Source: Psammoneis japonica
Taxonomy: Eukaryota
Length of the DNA: 37,501 bases
NCBI GenBank assembly: GCA_008632985.1
Contig: QPGO01000173.1
Location: 124,001 to 161,501 of the forward strand
Reading direction: 5' to 3'
The translations under genes were made by a program, and so were the position numbers. The notes beneath the pieces are model-generated. The model was given only the letters and a program-made list of their open reading frames with translations. It was not told where the DNA came from and searched no databases. Each line of letters opens with the position of its first letter. The stretch's first letter is position 1. Below, one piece after another: positions 19,771-31,118 of the stretch.

Positions 19771-21358
19771 TCAGCTCCAGGTGGCACAAAAATGTGCAAT
19801 CCATCAAATGTCACATTTTGCCTGCTTGCAAGCTCCCTTCAATTTAAGTTTTTTCCAAAACCAATCTCTCTGTGCAGCAATGCCAGGAAAATGTTTTTGG
19901 CATCATGGCGTTTTGTGTTTTTTTTTTTGAGTTTTTGGTTGTTGAAAGAGGAGTTTTTGAGCCAGCCACTTTGGAGAATTTGTCAACTTCCATGTGAGAA
20001 AAAAGCTTTGCATGGGACTTTTTTCATTGTTTTGGGAGCTTGCAATTGTTTTCTGCCTTCACTCTTTTTACATCACATGTGTGTTGAACTTTTGCGTGCA
20101 CCAGAGTGCTCATTTCATCTCAGAGTGCAAAAAGAAAAGCCCACCGCCCCTGTTGCTGCACTCTTTTTTTGCTTCACTGCTGCCACCCACATGACACTGT
20201 TCTGTGTGAAAGAAAAAGAAATGTTCCTCAGCCAGCTGCCAATGCAAACAGGCACCAATCCCAACAAAAACCACTCTTTTTGATGAGAAAAGTGCCCCTG
20301 TCCAACAGTGCTGCCGCTGCTTGCCCCCCCCCCCCCGTCTCATGCTGCAGCTGCAAAACAGCCACCTGAACCCCACCGGGCCACACCTCTGACAACTCTC
20401 CACTGCAACTTTTTCTCCCATGACAAAGCCACCGCGCCACTCCTTGCAGTGTGGCGACCCCTTTGCTGATGTTTGATCTGCAAGCTTTTGAGCATCATTT
20501 TGTGTGACAACATTCATCACAGAAGCAAGAAAAGCATCTTGAACCATGTCCAAAACAAACACCCTTTCTTGTGCCAACACTCCAGAGCAACAGGGTGTTG
20601 CATTCATGCGCGCATTGACAATGCCCGAAACTGCTGCTCCAATTGCTGCCGCTTGTGGTTTGAAGTTGCTTGTGAGTGCAGAAGCTTTTGTGGGGCAGTG
20701 CACAAGCAACCAAAACAGTGGCCAGCACCAAGCTGAGGACATGAAAGCTTTTGTTCATTTGCTGGTGATGGCAATTTCCAGCTCCCCCCAACAAATCAGA
20801 TGTGAACCCCCCAAAGAGAAGTGCTCTCCAAAGATGTGTGAAGAGGCACTGAATCTGCCCAAAACTGCTGTGTTGGCCACCACGTGAAATTCTTGGGAAA
20901 GAACATTAGAGCAGGAAATTTTTTTCTTGAGGTTTGTGTTGCATTTCGGCAATTGTTGGCCAGCCACAGTGGTTTCGCCGTGTGTGGCCAAGAAGACGAC
21001 ACACCATTTTGATCTCTGCTGATTTGGGTGGGAGCAAGAAACACGAGTTGGCAAATCTTGGTTGCTCTGTTGTTTGCCAGAGGCCAAAAACTCTAAATGG
21101 CTTTTGTCATTTGGCACTGGTTGTTTCAACTTTTTCACTGATTCTAGCTGTGCCATCGTGGCAAACAGATGATCATTCGTTCTGGGCATGACAGTGTCGA
21201 GAGATGCCGCCGTAACGGCTGAACAACGGTCGGCATCTTCACACTGCTTCCCAGCTGTTTTAGCTTCATTCATTTTTTCGTGTCACTCCCCGCTCTAGCC
21301 TCGCTAACCTTTAGGAGTACGGTATCACGTTGCTCCTCAGAAAGTCAAAATACACAAC

Positions 21359-22615
21359 ATGTCGTTATCGGGTGATAACGGATTAGAAAGAGATTTGCTC
21401 TTGGTCGGCATCGGAAACGTGGAACAAGTCGCATGGTCGTCGCATGTTCCGCCTTTGCCAGAACCACGGAGCGACCACGCGGCGGTCGCAATAAGCAATC
21501 AAAAATACATGATTATTGGTGGCAATGACGGAAACAAACGTTTATCAAGAGTATTAGTTTGCAATCTTGAGTCTAAAGAATGGGAGCAATTGTCGTCATG
21601 GCCTAATCTCAATCGTGCCCGTAGTCATCATGCGGCAGTTTTTACACAACACAAAGTTTATGTATTTGGGGGACTGGATGGAGGTACTCTTGATTCCATC
21701 GAATGCTTGGATTTATCTCTCAATGAACCAAAATGGCAAATACTCAAAGCAAAATTGACTTGCACACGATACGGATGCACAGCGGCTGCAGTGGGAGAAC
21801 GATATGTGTACATCTTTGGTGGATCGGGCAAAACGTCGGTAGACATTTTAGACACAGCGACGGACGAAATTCTGCAAGGTCCACCCATGACTACCGCACG
21901 ATGGGGAGGTGCAGCGGAAGCTGTTGGGACTAAATTATATGTTGTTGGTGGGGACAGTGGGTATGGTGAAGAAAATTTGAATACCATCGAGTGTCTAGAC
22001 ACTGACCTGAAGAGATGGAAATTATGTCAAGCAAAACTGTCAACACCCAAATGGCACATGCGAGTTCAAAAGTGGGGTGACTCTATCATAATTGTCGGTG
22101 GCGAAGACAATGACGGCGATAAGTTGTCTTCGGTGGAAGTATTTGATACGAATCGAGATGTATGTATTTCGCTGCCCGATTTGTCTATGGCAAGATCTAG
22201 TCTTGCCACTGTAGTGCTGGGCAACAAGGTGTATGCCATTGGTGGCCATGACGGTACAAAAGAAGTGGCTTCAGTGGAATGCCTTGTCCTACCAAGAGCG
22301 GATCCAAAAGCTCGCCATTTTGCGGTTGTGCAGGCAAGAATCGCACTCGAGTCCCAATTCCATGACTTGGACGATTCATCTTCTGCAGAGTATGAAAATT
22401 TACTTGGCAATCAAGAGGAACAAATTTACAAATTGGAAATGGAGTTAGACAAATTATCGTGGTATCCGTTTGGAAAAGCGGATCAAAAGCAACATATCCA
22501 GAAGTCCTTGGAGAAACTTAAGTTGAAGGCTGCATTGCAGAATCTACAGCTTTTGCAAGAGCAAATTTCTGCCGAAATAAAAAAGTCGACGGAAACTGAT
22601 TCTTCAGACAGTTAA
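21359..22615 (+). CDS. Kelch-repeat (six-bladed beta-propeller) protein with a C-terminal coiled coil
   Basis: Six repeats of the type R..HAAV....YxFGG.....S.E..D....W in an uninterrupted 418-aa ORF. Confidence 0.9.
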   Translation: MSLSGDNGLERDLLLVGIGNVEQVAWSSHVPPLPEPRSDHAAVAISNQKYMIIGGNDGNKRLSRVLVCNLESKEWEQLSSWPNLNRARSHHAAVFTQHKVYVFGGLDGGTLDSIECLDLSLNEPKWQILKAKLTCTRYGCTAAAVGERYVYIFGGSGKTSVDILDTATDEILQGPPMTTARWGGAAEAVGTKLYVVGGDSGYGEENLNTIECLDTDLKRWKLCQAKLSTPKWHMRVQKWGDSIIIVGGEDNDGDKLSSVEVFDTNRDVCISLPDLSMARSSLATVVLGNKVYAIGGHDGTKEVASVECLVLPRADPKARHFAVVQARIALESQFHDLDDSSSAEYENLLGNQEEQIYKLEMELDKLSWYPFGKADQKQHIQKSLEKLKLKAALQNLQLLQEQISAEIKKSTETDSSDS

Positions 22616-22738
22616 CTTGATGCCGAGATAGGAGGTGCCGTGTAGGTAGCTTGCGGTCGTTCATGATTTAATCCTACAAGGATCCAACGATAGACCTACT
22701 CTAGAGTATATGATGAGCACCGGTCGTTTCGGTCGATT

Positions 22739-22902
22739 TCAAACTCTACCGCTGGTTCAGAATCGCCAATTTCTCGACTTCTATCAGTTTACAAGAGCTT
22801 GCTACATGGACAACAACTGCTCAATAGACGGGGGGCATAGGGCTAGTGAATCGGTGGAAAGCACAGCTACTCCTTAACACGTTATGCCAAGTCACGTGTT
22901 AG
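22739..22902 (+). pseudogene. Non-hypermutated 3' fragment of the SGNH-like gene (third copy)
   Basis: Closely matches 16951-17116, with a 5-nt deletion (gctaggtatgtgaa -> gctagtgaa) and a 3-nt insertion. TA and CG are retained. Confidence 0.9.
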
Positions 22903-23179
22903 AAATTTGGAAAAGATTGAGTTTTGTTCGGATTGAAAACCACGCAAGGGTTTGATTCGTGGCGCAAATCTTCACATCACTGCAACGCTCAAAGTCGTCA
23001 TGGTAAAACATTGATTTATGATATCTCTGGTCTGTGAAAAACCCTGCATCCCGTCAACCGCGATCGTTGTCTTCCCCTCGCTCAAATCCAACAGACCAAC
23101 AGAGCTCGTTGTCTCCTTAGTATGAATTCATGTCGCGTGTGTAGTATGTACAAAATTAACTGAAGTTGCGTACTATATA

Positions 23180-24767
23180 CTAGTACACTTGAACTCCAAT
23201 CACACCGTCTCCGTCCGTACTGCTCGTGGATCCATATTCAGAGTCGGTGTTTTGAAGAGTCTTTTCCTCGGCCGCAGCAATGGAACTTGAGCGTGTATCA
23301 AAGTAGGGGATAAGAAAGAGCAATGCCAAATTCACCAACTGAATGACGTGCAACAGCTTCCAATTTCCTTGATCGCAGTCTTCATTGTGGTACTCTTCAA
23401 ACGTATTGTCCATGATGTGGTGGCATTCTCCGTCTACCAACTTGGAGAGAGGCGCAATGGCCAATTGACAAAGTCCAGACGCACAAAAGGATAATCCCGA
23501 CAAGATGCCAAAAAAGCGAAATCCCAGTTTTCTGGATAGATTGGCAAAAAAGTAAGGAAACAAAAAGGCTCGAAATGCTGCATAACAGATAAAGCTGGCA
23601 ATCATGATTGCCATGATGAAGGGAAAATCGGGACTGTCGTAGGAAGAATCCAACATGTCCATGTTGGCTACCAAGAGGAGAATCATTTGTCCCATACCCA
23701 AGGAAATTGCAACCACGGCTGCCGCGCCAAAACCGACCGAATCCAACAAGTATCCGGATAGTGGAGCGCAGAGAATGGCGGCGGCATCAATAAAGCTCAG
23801 CGTGCTTGCCAATTGATGCTGAGTTTCAAAAGTAAACTGTTGTGTGTCTCCAAGCTGTTCGAATTACGAAACGTGAATAGTAGGTATGAGATGACAAGTA
23901 ATGATAAAGCAAGTTGGTTCTCAACACATACACTTACCTCTGTCGTCACCGTGGCAATGTAAAGATTGGCATAAAAGGAGGTGACAAGAAAGAATATACT
24001 GAGCCGAATGTAAGCTCCGCTGGTGAGTTGTTTGATGAGCGACTGTTCCTGAAGTGGTGGATCTGTTTTTTCCTTGACTGAGGATAGCAATTTCTCGCTT
24101 TCGGTTTCTCCAGCGTCGGCCGTCTTATTTTCTTCTTCAACATGAACGTGTTCATACGGTGTGTCGGGCCAGATGCACAACGAGGTAATGGCCGAAAGTG
24201 CCACCAAGATTGCCTGTCCGTAAAAGAGCGTTTCAAAATCCACGTCATAGGTTTGCCAAATCACATCCATCAATGGGAAAACGGCAAAACTGAGTGTAAT
24301 ACATTCACCGACAAGTCCCATGACAAAATATCGATGGCCGGAAAGAGATTGGCTGTATGAATAACTGACGTCTGCACACCCGGTCCACCAAACGCCACCA
24401 TGGAAATTGCTACCGCAAATTGCCGAAAAGTGGTTGCTTGACCAAACAACAAACACCCGACCGCCACGAGGGCATTGGACACAAAGGACGCTGTTCGAGG
24501 CCCACGGTGATCTAAAATGGCTCCCAAGAAAATGGGTGACAAGTAATTGGAAGCTGCCGCAAAGCCGTACAAGGTTGTGGTTTCATCCAAGGTGAGACCC
24601 GCTCCACCACTGACTCGTGTTGCTGTCAAGATGGAACCCGCAATTCCAGCCCATCCAACCACCAAACCAGCGCCCAAGGTGATTTGGAGCATTCCAGTCG
24701 CAACCAGTATCCAACGTACCGTGTGCGAGGCGGGTAACGGAGCTCCTTGTTTTTCAGATGATGTCAT
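23180..24767 (-). CDS. MFS transporter, SLC43/LAT3/FMP42-like; intron 23855-23937; apparent 1-nt frameshift near 24338
   Basis: Multiple TM segments with MFS motifs GAILDHRGPR and GYLLDSVG. Splice GAG|gtaagt...aacag|CTT gives ...VTTE-LGDTQQF... The frame changes at ANLFP/GHRYFVMG with no room for an intron. Confidence 0.8.
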
Positions 24768-25187
24768 CTTGGACGAATCTGTTTTCCTCTACAGTTGTAG
24801 TAGTCGGAACGGAGAGCACTTGAGTGGGGATATTCGAACTTTAGCTCTCTCTTTTGTACCGTATTGACAAGTTGACGGCGATCCTTTGTTTCTTCCTGTT
24901 CCAAGTCAGGAGGTTGTGAAGATGGGAGATCTTTTTCGCGGAAGATTTTGACACGGGAAGAAACGTGAATGGAATTGTTTCAATCACGAGTTGTGAACGA
25001 TGACGTCATCCTCATTTTTGTTGCGCGGGCGCGCGATCGGTCTGCGGCTTCCCGGATCACCCGGATCGCACCATGAAAACGGCAACATCGCACACATCAT
25101 CGCCACAACTCCGGTCGTCGGTCGTTGCTGTGAAACAGAAGTAGGTAGAGCGAGGCCTTCCAAGCAAGGGCAGCCTGTCGATATCAC

Positions 25188-27257
25188 ATGCTTTCTATGC
25201 TTCATCCTTGGTTTACTGCTTGCATTACTGCTCTACAACTATTGACCATGACGTCCTCCCCGTGCCACGCATTAGCATCATCATCACCGCCTCCCGTTGT
25301 GTACACGATTGCCGGATCGGATTCGGGTGGAGGCGCTGGAATCCAAGCCGATTTGCATGCCATTCATGCCATGGGAGGACACGGATGTTCGGCCATTACC
25401 TGTCTTACGGCTCAAAATTCAGTGGGCGTGACGGACGTTCACACTCCTCCCGCTACATTTCTCACGACGCAACTAAACACACTCTCGAGTGACATGCCGC
25501 CACGAGCCATCAAGATTGGAATGTTGGGTACACGAGAATTGGCAGAGGCTGTAGGTGCCTTTGTCAAGGAGCAAGTGTCTCGAAAAGACCGGCCCTTTAT
25601 CGTTTTGGATCCCGTCATGATTTCCACTTCGGGGCACAAACTCATCAATGATGAAACCAAACAAGCCATGATGGACCAAATCTTTCCATATGTCGATATT
25701 TTGACACCCAACAAATTTGAAGCCGAAGCTCTATTGGACCGAAAATTGCAAACACCACAAGATGTTGAAAAAGGTGAGTACGAGTATATACAAGTGGTGT
25801 TCCTGTTTGATCGTCTTCTGTGGTTTGGGGTTGACCATAAAAACTAACGTGCTATTTTCGCGTAATGTAGGCGCACGCGACATGCTTGCCATGGGTGTCA
25901 AGGCCGTTCTCATCAAGGGCGGTCATACCTTGACGGAATCCTCCACAAATAATAATGCAGAAGCGTCAGAAGGTGTAAAGGTGACCTTGGGATATGCTCA
26001 AGACTATTTTCTTTCGACAAAACCTTCGAATGATGAAGAAGAAGAACGATTGTGTGATGGGCATTTGGGTGTATGGCTTCGGACCAATCGGTACGTCAAA
26101 TCGTTGATTATCATTAATGTGGGTCAATTCATGATGCTCATACTTATTCTCCTCCGCCCTTCCTTTTTCCATTGTAGCTACGATACAGAGCATACTCATG
26201 GGACGGGTTGTACCTTGTCGTCCGCTATTGCTTGCTCACTGGCGCTTGGCCACGCTGCACGAAGCAATGGTAGTAGTAGTAGTAGTGGTAGTAGTGGAGC
26301 CACGAGTGCAATCTTTTCAGTAGATGCTTGTTGCTTGGCCAAGGCCTATGTGACAAAGGGTATTGAGGTTGGAGGTGGTGTAAGTACTAGTAGTGTATTG
26401 CCTGTCTTGTGCCATAACAATACTGAACGCCGTCGCCAAACGCTTTTCTCTTTCTTTATTGTATGTTGCAGATTGGCCAAGGTCCTGGACCAGTTATTCA
26501 TACAGAATTCCCGTCCTCCTTTCGGTACTTTCCTTCCATTGTAATGGATCCAACAGCTTCTTCTGATGCTGCCACAGCGCCGTTTCGTCCCATGTCTCCT
26601 TGGAGTAGTAGCACCAACAATAACGACAATGCTTTGTGTTTGGGCCGCATTCTTCCCATTGTCGACACGGTCGAATGGGTAGAGCGTTTGGCTGCGACAG
26701 AGGGCGTGACAGATATTCAATTGCGTTTCAAAGACACCAACGATCCACAACAAATACTGGAACGGGTTCGAAAATGTCAAGACATTTGCGGCAAGAGCAA
26801 TGTCCGATTGTGGATCAATGATCATTGGGATGCGGCTTGTCAAGCCGGTTGCTTTGGTGTTCATTTGGGTCAAGAAGACTTGTACAAGTGCATTCAAAAA
26901 GGAGGTTTGGAAACCATGAAAGAAAACAACATGGCTCTAGGTATTTCGACACATTCCTATGGAGAGCTGGCGGTCGCACTCGGAGTGAAACCATCCTACA
27001 TTAGCATGGGTCCCGTGTTTGGGACGGCGAGTAAAAACGTGGCATTTGATCCACAGGGTTTGGAGACGGTTACGAAATGGCGACAATTGATACCACCCGA
27101 CATGCCATTTGTTGCCATTGGAGGAATTGGGAATGCCGAAACGGCATCCTTTGTCAAGCATGCTGGAGCCGATTGTGTGGCTGTCATTGGTGCCGTGACG
27201 AAAGCGCAAGATGTGGCCGTGGCTGTAAATGAGCTGAATGAGGCCATGTCTGTGTGA
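25188..27257 (+). CDS. thiDE: Bifunctional HMP/HMP-P kinase - thiamine-phosphate synthase (ThiD-ThiE); exons 25188-25773, 25871-26090, 26178-26379, 26472-27257
   Basis: ThiD motifs TIAGSDSGGGAGIQAD, DPVM, TPN..EA and HGTGCTLSSA; ThiE motifs QLR.KD, IND, GVHLGQED, STH and VAIGGI. Three frame-restoring GT-AG introns and an N-terminal signal-like extension. Confidence 0.93.
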
Positions 27258-27408
27258 CTTTTCATGTAAACTCTAGCTACAAGTAGTACATAAAACCAGA
27301 GTATTGTACTCCAGAGAAGGTATTATTTCTCCGCGACTGTGAGGGAGCTTTGTTTCCGCTTTGATGGTATGGATCTCGAAAGCTCTACAAAGACAAAGAG
27401 TACCTCTT

Positions 27409-29025
27409 TTACTGCAACGCCTTGATGGTTTCCTCCAATAGTTTCTTCTTTTCCAATCGAAACTGAATCGCCAACACATCCTCCGCATCGGTTCCCTTTT
27501 TGGGAAGTCTCTTTAACAATTCCTCGTCTTGTTGAATCGTGGTGGGTTTGGATTCGAGTTCCAATTCCAGTGCGGTCCGGGCCGCAATTTGGGTGGCACG
27601 CTCATTGTTAGGTCCCACTTCTTGGGCAAAATTACCAATGGCCTCACCGGCATTGGTCCATTCCTCTTGGGACGACACCAAAGCCCGCAAGGCTTGCATC
27701 ACGGCAGGATCGACACCACCCGCCCTTGTCACCACGACACCACGTGACCGATTGGCGGTTGCATTCTCCATGTCATCGTCTCCATTATTATTCTCATTAC
27801 TACTACTCCCCAACAATCCGGCACGATTTAATTTTTCCAATCGTCCCGGAGCAAATTGGCGTCCGGTGGCTTGTTCGAGTGCATCAACATTCCATTCTCG
27901 CAACGGCGGCATGACGTAGACATCATGAGGATTGTTTGCTTCACAAAATCCATAATATTGCAACAATTGATCATTGGATCGTGGTCCGTACGAAATGAAC
28001 AATTCGGAATTTCTCGGGATTTCCGCAGAAGTCACCAAACTGTAGGCATTACCAAAAAATTCAAATTCGACCTTTGCGGACGTTTGTTGCGAATTGTGAT
28101 TGGCCATGTCAATGTAGGGACAAATGACGTAGGTTTGTTTTTTCAGTAGTTTTGGAACGACAAAATCCTTGAGAATGGACGCACACACGACAAAGGCGGC
28201 ACCATTGGCGGCTTGTTCCAATGTGCCCAAATTCAAACCCACGTACACCACCACCAAGAGCAACGATAGCACGTAGGGTTTGGCATCAAAGGCGGCACCC
28301 GTCGTTCCCGAAAAGGCACGAGATCGAGCACATTCGGCGCCCCACACAAATTTCTCAAAAGAAAAATCGACAAAACACGACTTTTTCACAGTTTCGTAAT
28401 GGTTCTTCCATTCCGATTCTTGTCGTGACACGGCATTTTGTAAAAAGGAATACTGCAACTCATCTCGTGCCTCCTTGGACCAGTGCAGCGGCGTATCAAA
28501 GGACCGTGGCAACGAATCTAACCATACGCTCATGTCGACATTATCCTTTTGTTTGTCTAGATCCAAAACATGCAAATACGCTGAAAATTGAACAAACCAC
28601 GAAAGTTCTTGGAGAGACTTGCTATCAAAATACTCTTGTGGTAGATTATTCGATTGTCCGGGTACTTGTACCGACAGTGCGAGCGAAGACGGAACCGTCA
28701 CGACGACTTGACCTGCAGTTAAATCTTGGCTCGCAATCAAACCCAAACCGCCCAATTCACTCGTTCCCACTTCTACACCACCACCCATTTGAATACCCGC
28801 ATCATTACGTGCCCAATCCGTCAACAAATTGGAGGCTCGTCGTTTCTTGGAGCGTTCTTGTTCTTGTTTTGTTGTTGCGTAGAGTCTTGATGACGACTTA
28901 TTGGCATGATTAGTCAATGAATTTATAACAAAGGCATTGGTGGAAATCACGATACTACTTGCGAGTAGTAATAGTATGCATGCAAGGAACGGCGGCTGTC
29001 GTTTGGATGATGGAGAAGCCATCAT
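27409..29025 (-). CDS. Plastid-targeted SET-domain protein-lysine methyltransferase (Rubisco LSMT/SETD family)
   Basis: GLGLIA, RSRAF, PYIDMANH and FISYG.RSNDQLLQYYGF, followed by a substrate-binding C-terminus (TTIQQD...FRLEKK). The hydrophobic signal peptide ends in STNA-FVI (ASAFAP-like). Confidence 0.9.
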   Translation of the reverse strand: MMASPSSKRQPPFLACILLLLASSIVISTNAFVINSLTNHANKSSSRLYATTKQEQERSKKRRASNLLTDWARNDAGIQMGGGVEVGTSELGGLGLIASQDLTAGQVVVTVPSSLALSVQVPGQSNNLPQEYFDSKSLQELSWFVQFSAYLHVLDLDKQKDNVDMSVWLDSLPRSFDTPLHWSKEARDELQYSFLQNAVSRQESEWKNHYETVKKSCFVDFSFEKFVWGAECARSRAFSGTTGAAFDAKPYVLSLLLVVVYVGLNLGTLEQAANGAAFVVCASILKDFVVPKLLKKQTYVICPYIDMANHNSQQTSAKVEFEFFGNAYSLVTSAEIPRNSELFISYGPRSNDQLLQYYGFCEANNPHDVYVMPPLREWNVDALEQATGRQFAPGRLEKLNRAGLLGSSSNENNNGDDDMENATANRSRGVVVTRAGGVDPAVMQALRALVSSQEEWTNAGEAIGNFAQEVGPNNERATQIAARTALELELESKPTTIQQDEELLKRLPKKGTDAEDVLAIQFRLEKKKLLEETIKALQ

Positions 29026-29599
29026 GGTTGTTGATGGCAGAGAAAGTGTCACGTCCACCTTGGCCTCTCTCGCTCTAGTAGCTAGTACCGGTACCAGTAC
29101 TGGTACTATGGACAGACCGCACCTCTTCGTGTCTTGCTTGCGCGGTGACCGTACATACAATCAAAATCATACAGCCTCGCACACCAACACATCGTAGACT
29201 ATTCACACCTCACACCAGTGGGTAACCTGTGAGCAAAAAACACATCTTTGTTTCAAAACCTATGCTCTTGTTGCTCATTACAGTATCCTTTTCATACTCC
29301 ACACCGCACAGCTGCACGCCAATTTCAATGACGCTAAAACAACAAATGACAGTGACAATTTCACGCAGCGCCATTCAACTGGCCGTCGAACGTTCCAGAC
29401 GCGGCACCTGCAAGCGCCCGCCCATGAGAAGCAATCTATCATGGCAGTGATTATGATGATTCACCCAGACAAGAATGTATACAATTGTATCAAGACGTGG
29501 CTAAAAGCACAACGGCGAAGCGTCACTCGCATTCTCGCCTTGCGCACCGTGCTGCCAATTTGTTATTGTTACCGAAAAAAAAAACACACACACACACAA

Positions 29600-31118
29600 T
29601 GATGGCCAACAACAAGTGCACAAGAACTCTTGTATCAAACGCTGTACATTCAACAGGAGGATAGTGATGATATCGATTTTGTCATGTCTCAGCATGCGGC
29701 TGTTTTTGAAACTCTGGTCAAATTGCTCTTGTCCCGTGCCAACGTGTACCGTCCATCACAACAAGTCTTGTTGAAAGCAAGCCTTGGAATAATCGTGTCG
29801 GTCCCCAGGGAGCCCATTGCGTCGACGAGTGCATGGGCGTTGTCCTGAGAAGAATAAATCAGCAAGTGTCTCTGCTCAGTACCGACGACGAAACGACAAT
29901 GAGTACTACTAAGAGTGTTTACAATTCGTATCAACAAGCTGCTGTCAAATCACTCAATACGGCGGTGGATAGTTTTTTGTTGTTGAGTGGATCTTCTCAT
30001 CCAAACAACAAACAATACCCCTACGATTCACTTCCATCCCTACCCGTCACATACCAGGATGACAAACAACAAGGAATTCTTTGGAATCGGTTGATCAATC
30101 ATGTCATTCTCGCTGCCTTTGCAGTGCGCGAGAAGCAAACATTAATCCCAATCAACACTTGGAATATGGATTATTTCTCTTGGACTATATTGGAAGAACC
30201 ATAAAAGAACATTATTGATCCAGAGGTGGCTGCCGACTTGTTGAACAAAATGTTGGTGTTGTCTACAAGAGTCGAAATCAATTGGATACATGGCAGTCAC
30301 CTATTTTTTAAGCGTGCCCTTGAAGTTTATCCAAACGACGGACAGGCCCTTGTTCACAGCTGGCTTCCTTGGATATCATGCCACTGCTGCTGCTATAAAA
30401 TTACAAGACTCGTACGTGGCGGACTTGTTGGATGGATACTCGCAATGTTTTGAAAATGAATTGGTACAGGAACTGAACCACAAAAGGGACACGAGCTTGT
30501 GGCCGAGCACTCTTTTCCAAATGACAACCAGAAAAAAGGCGACAAGAGGAAGGTTATTACAATTGTCGATTTGGGTTGTGGTACTGGCTTGCTTGGAGAA
30601 TTGATGCGCAATTGGCTTCTCGTCGTCTTGTTCCGATGATCAACAATATTAGGCGAGACGATTTACGCGGAGTGGACTTGTCGCCACGCATGGCATAGAT
30701 TTATCGGTTAAGAAAGGTTCAGCTGGATACTGGTCAAAACGTTGCTGTGTATAGTCAAGTATCCGTGGTGGACGGTACTGCATTTTTACATAATCTCCCA
30801 CAAGGATCCGTCAGTGTCATTACAGCATGCGATGTCTTTATTTACATGGGTAACTTGCAAAACGTGTTTGTCGAATGCACAAGAACGCTACGAACCGGTG
30901 GCTATCTTTGCTTTACGGTGGAACTACTGTTGAATGACGATGACGACTCTGTGAGAGTTAAACTTCTAAAGAGTGGCTGGTTTGGACACACGCAAGCCTA
31001 CATTGAAGCTTTGGCAAAAACGAACGGGTTGGAAATAGTAGAATGGAAAGAGGAATACTTGAGAAAACAGGGAGCTGAAAATGTGTCGGGAGCAGTCGTA
31101 ACACTACTTACGCCATAG
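29600..31118 (+). pseudogene. Fragmented SAM-dependent methyltransferase (TPR-associated, COG4976-like)
   Basis: Pieces in different frames: YVADLLDGYSQCFENELVQEL, IVDLGCGTGLLG, GVDLSPRMA*, ACDVFIYMGNL...LRTGGYLCFTVE...SGWFGH..YIE. Multiple stops and frameshifts; the 5' boundary is uncertain. Confidence 0.7.

Larger units (their letters stand above)
17370..21290. other. Hypermutated block C: TpA/CpG-depleted, contains two decayed copies of the neighbouring MFS gene
   Basis: Dinucleotide signature as in blocks A and B, plus direct alignment to 22739-24290. Confidence 0.9.

Noticed and set aside
3812..21273. The many 60-350 aa ORFs within blocks A-C as real genes
   Set aside because: They are explained by loss of TAA/TAG; they overlap in all frames and lack Tyr, and those in block C are demonstrably decayed MFS copies.
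3700..21290. Classical fungal RIP or simple CpG decay as the full explanation
   Set aside because: RIP increases TpA and CpG decay does not remove it; the aligned copies show direct TA->TG/CA loss.
24770..27408. TPP riboswitch associated with thiDE
   Set aside because: No CUGAGA core with the accompanying conserved elements was seen in the introns or flanks.
29453..29476. MMIHPDKN resembling a DnaJ HPD motif
   Set aside because: No surrounding J-domain helices or open frame; it may be chance or a tiny remnant.
1900..31118. A functional cofactor or methylation gene cluster (metK, thiDE, SET, methyltransferase)
   Set aside because: The genes are scattered among unrelated genes, with no pathway link visible from the sequence.
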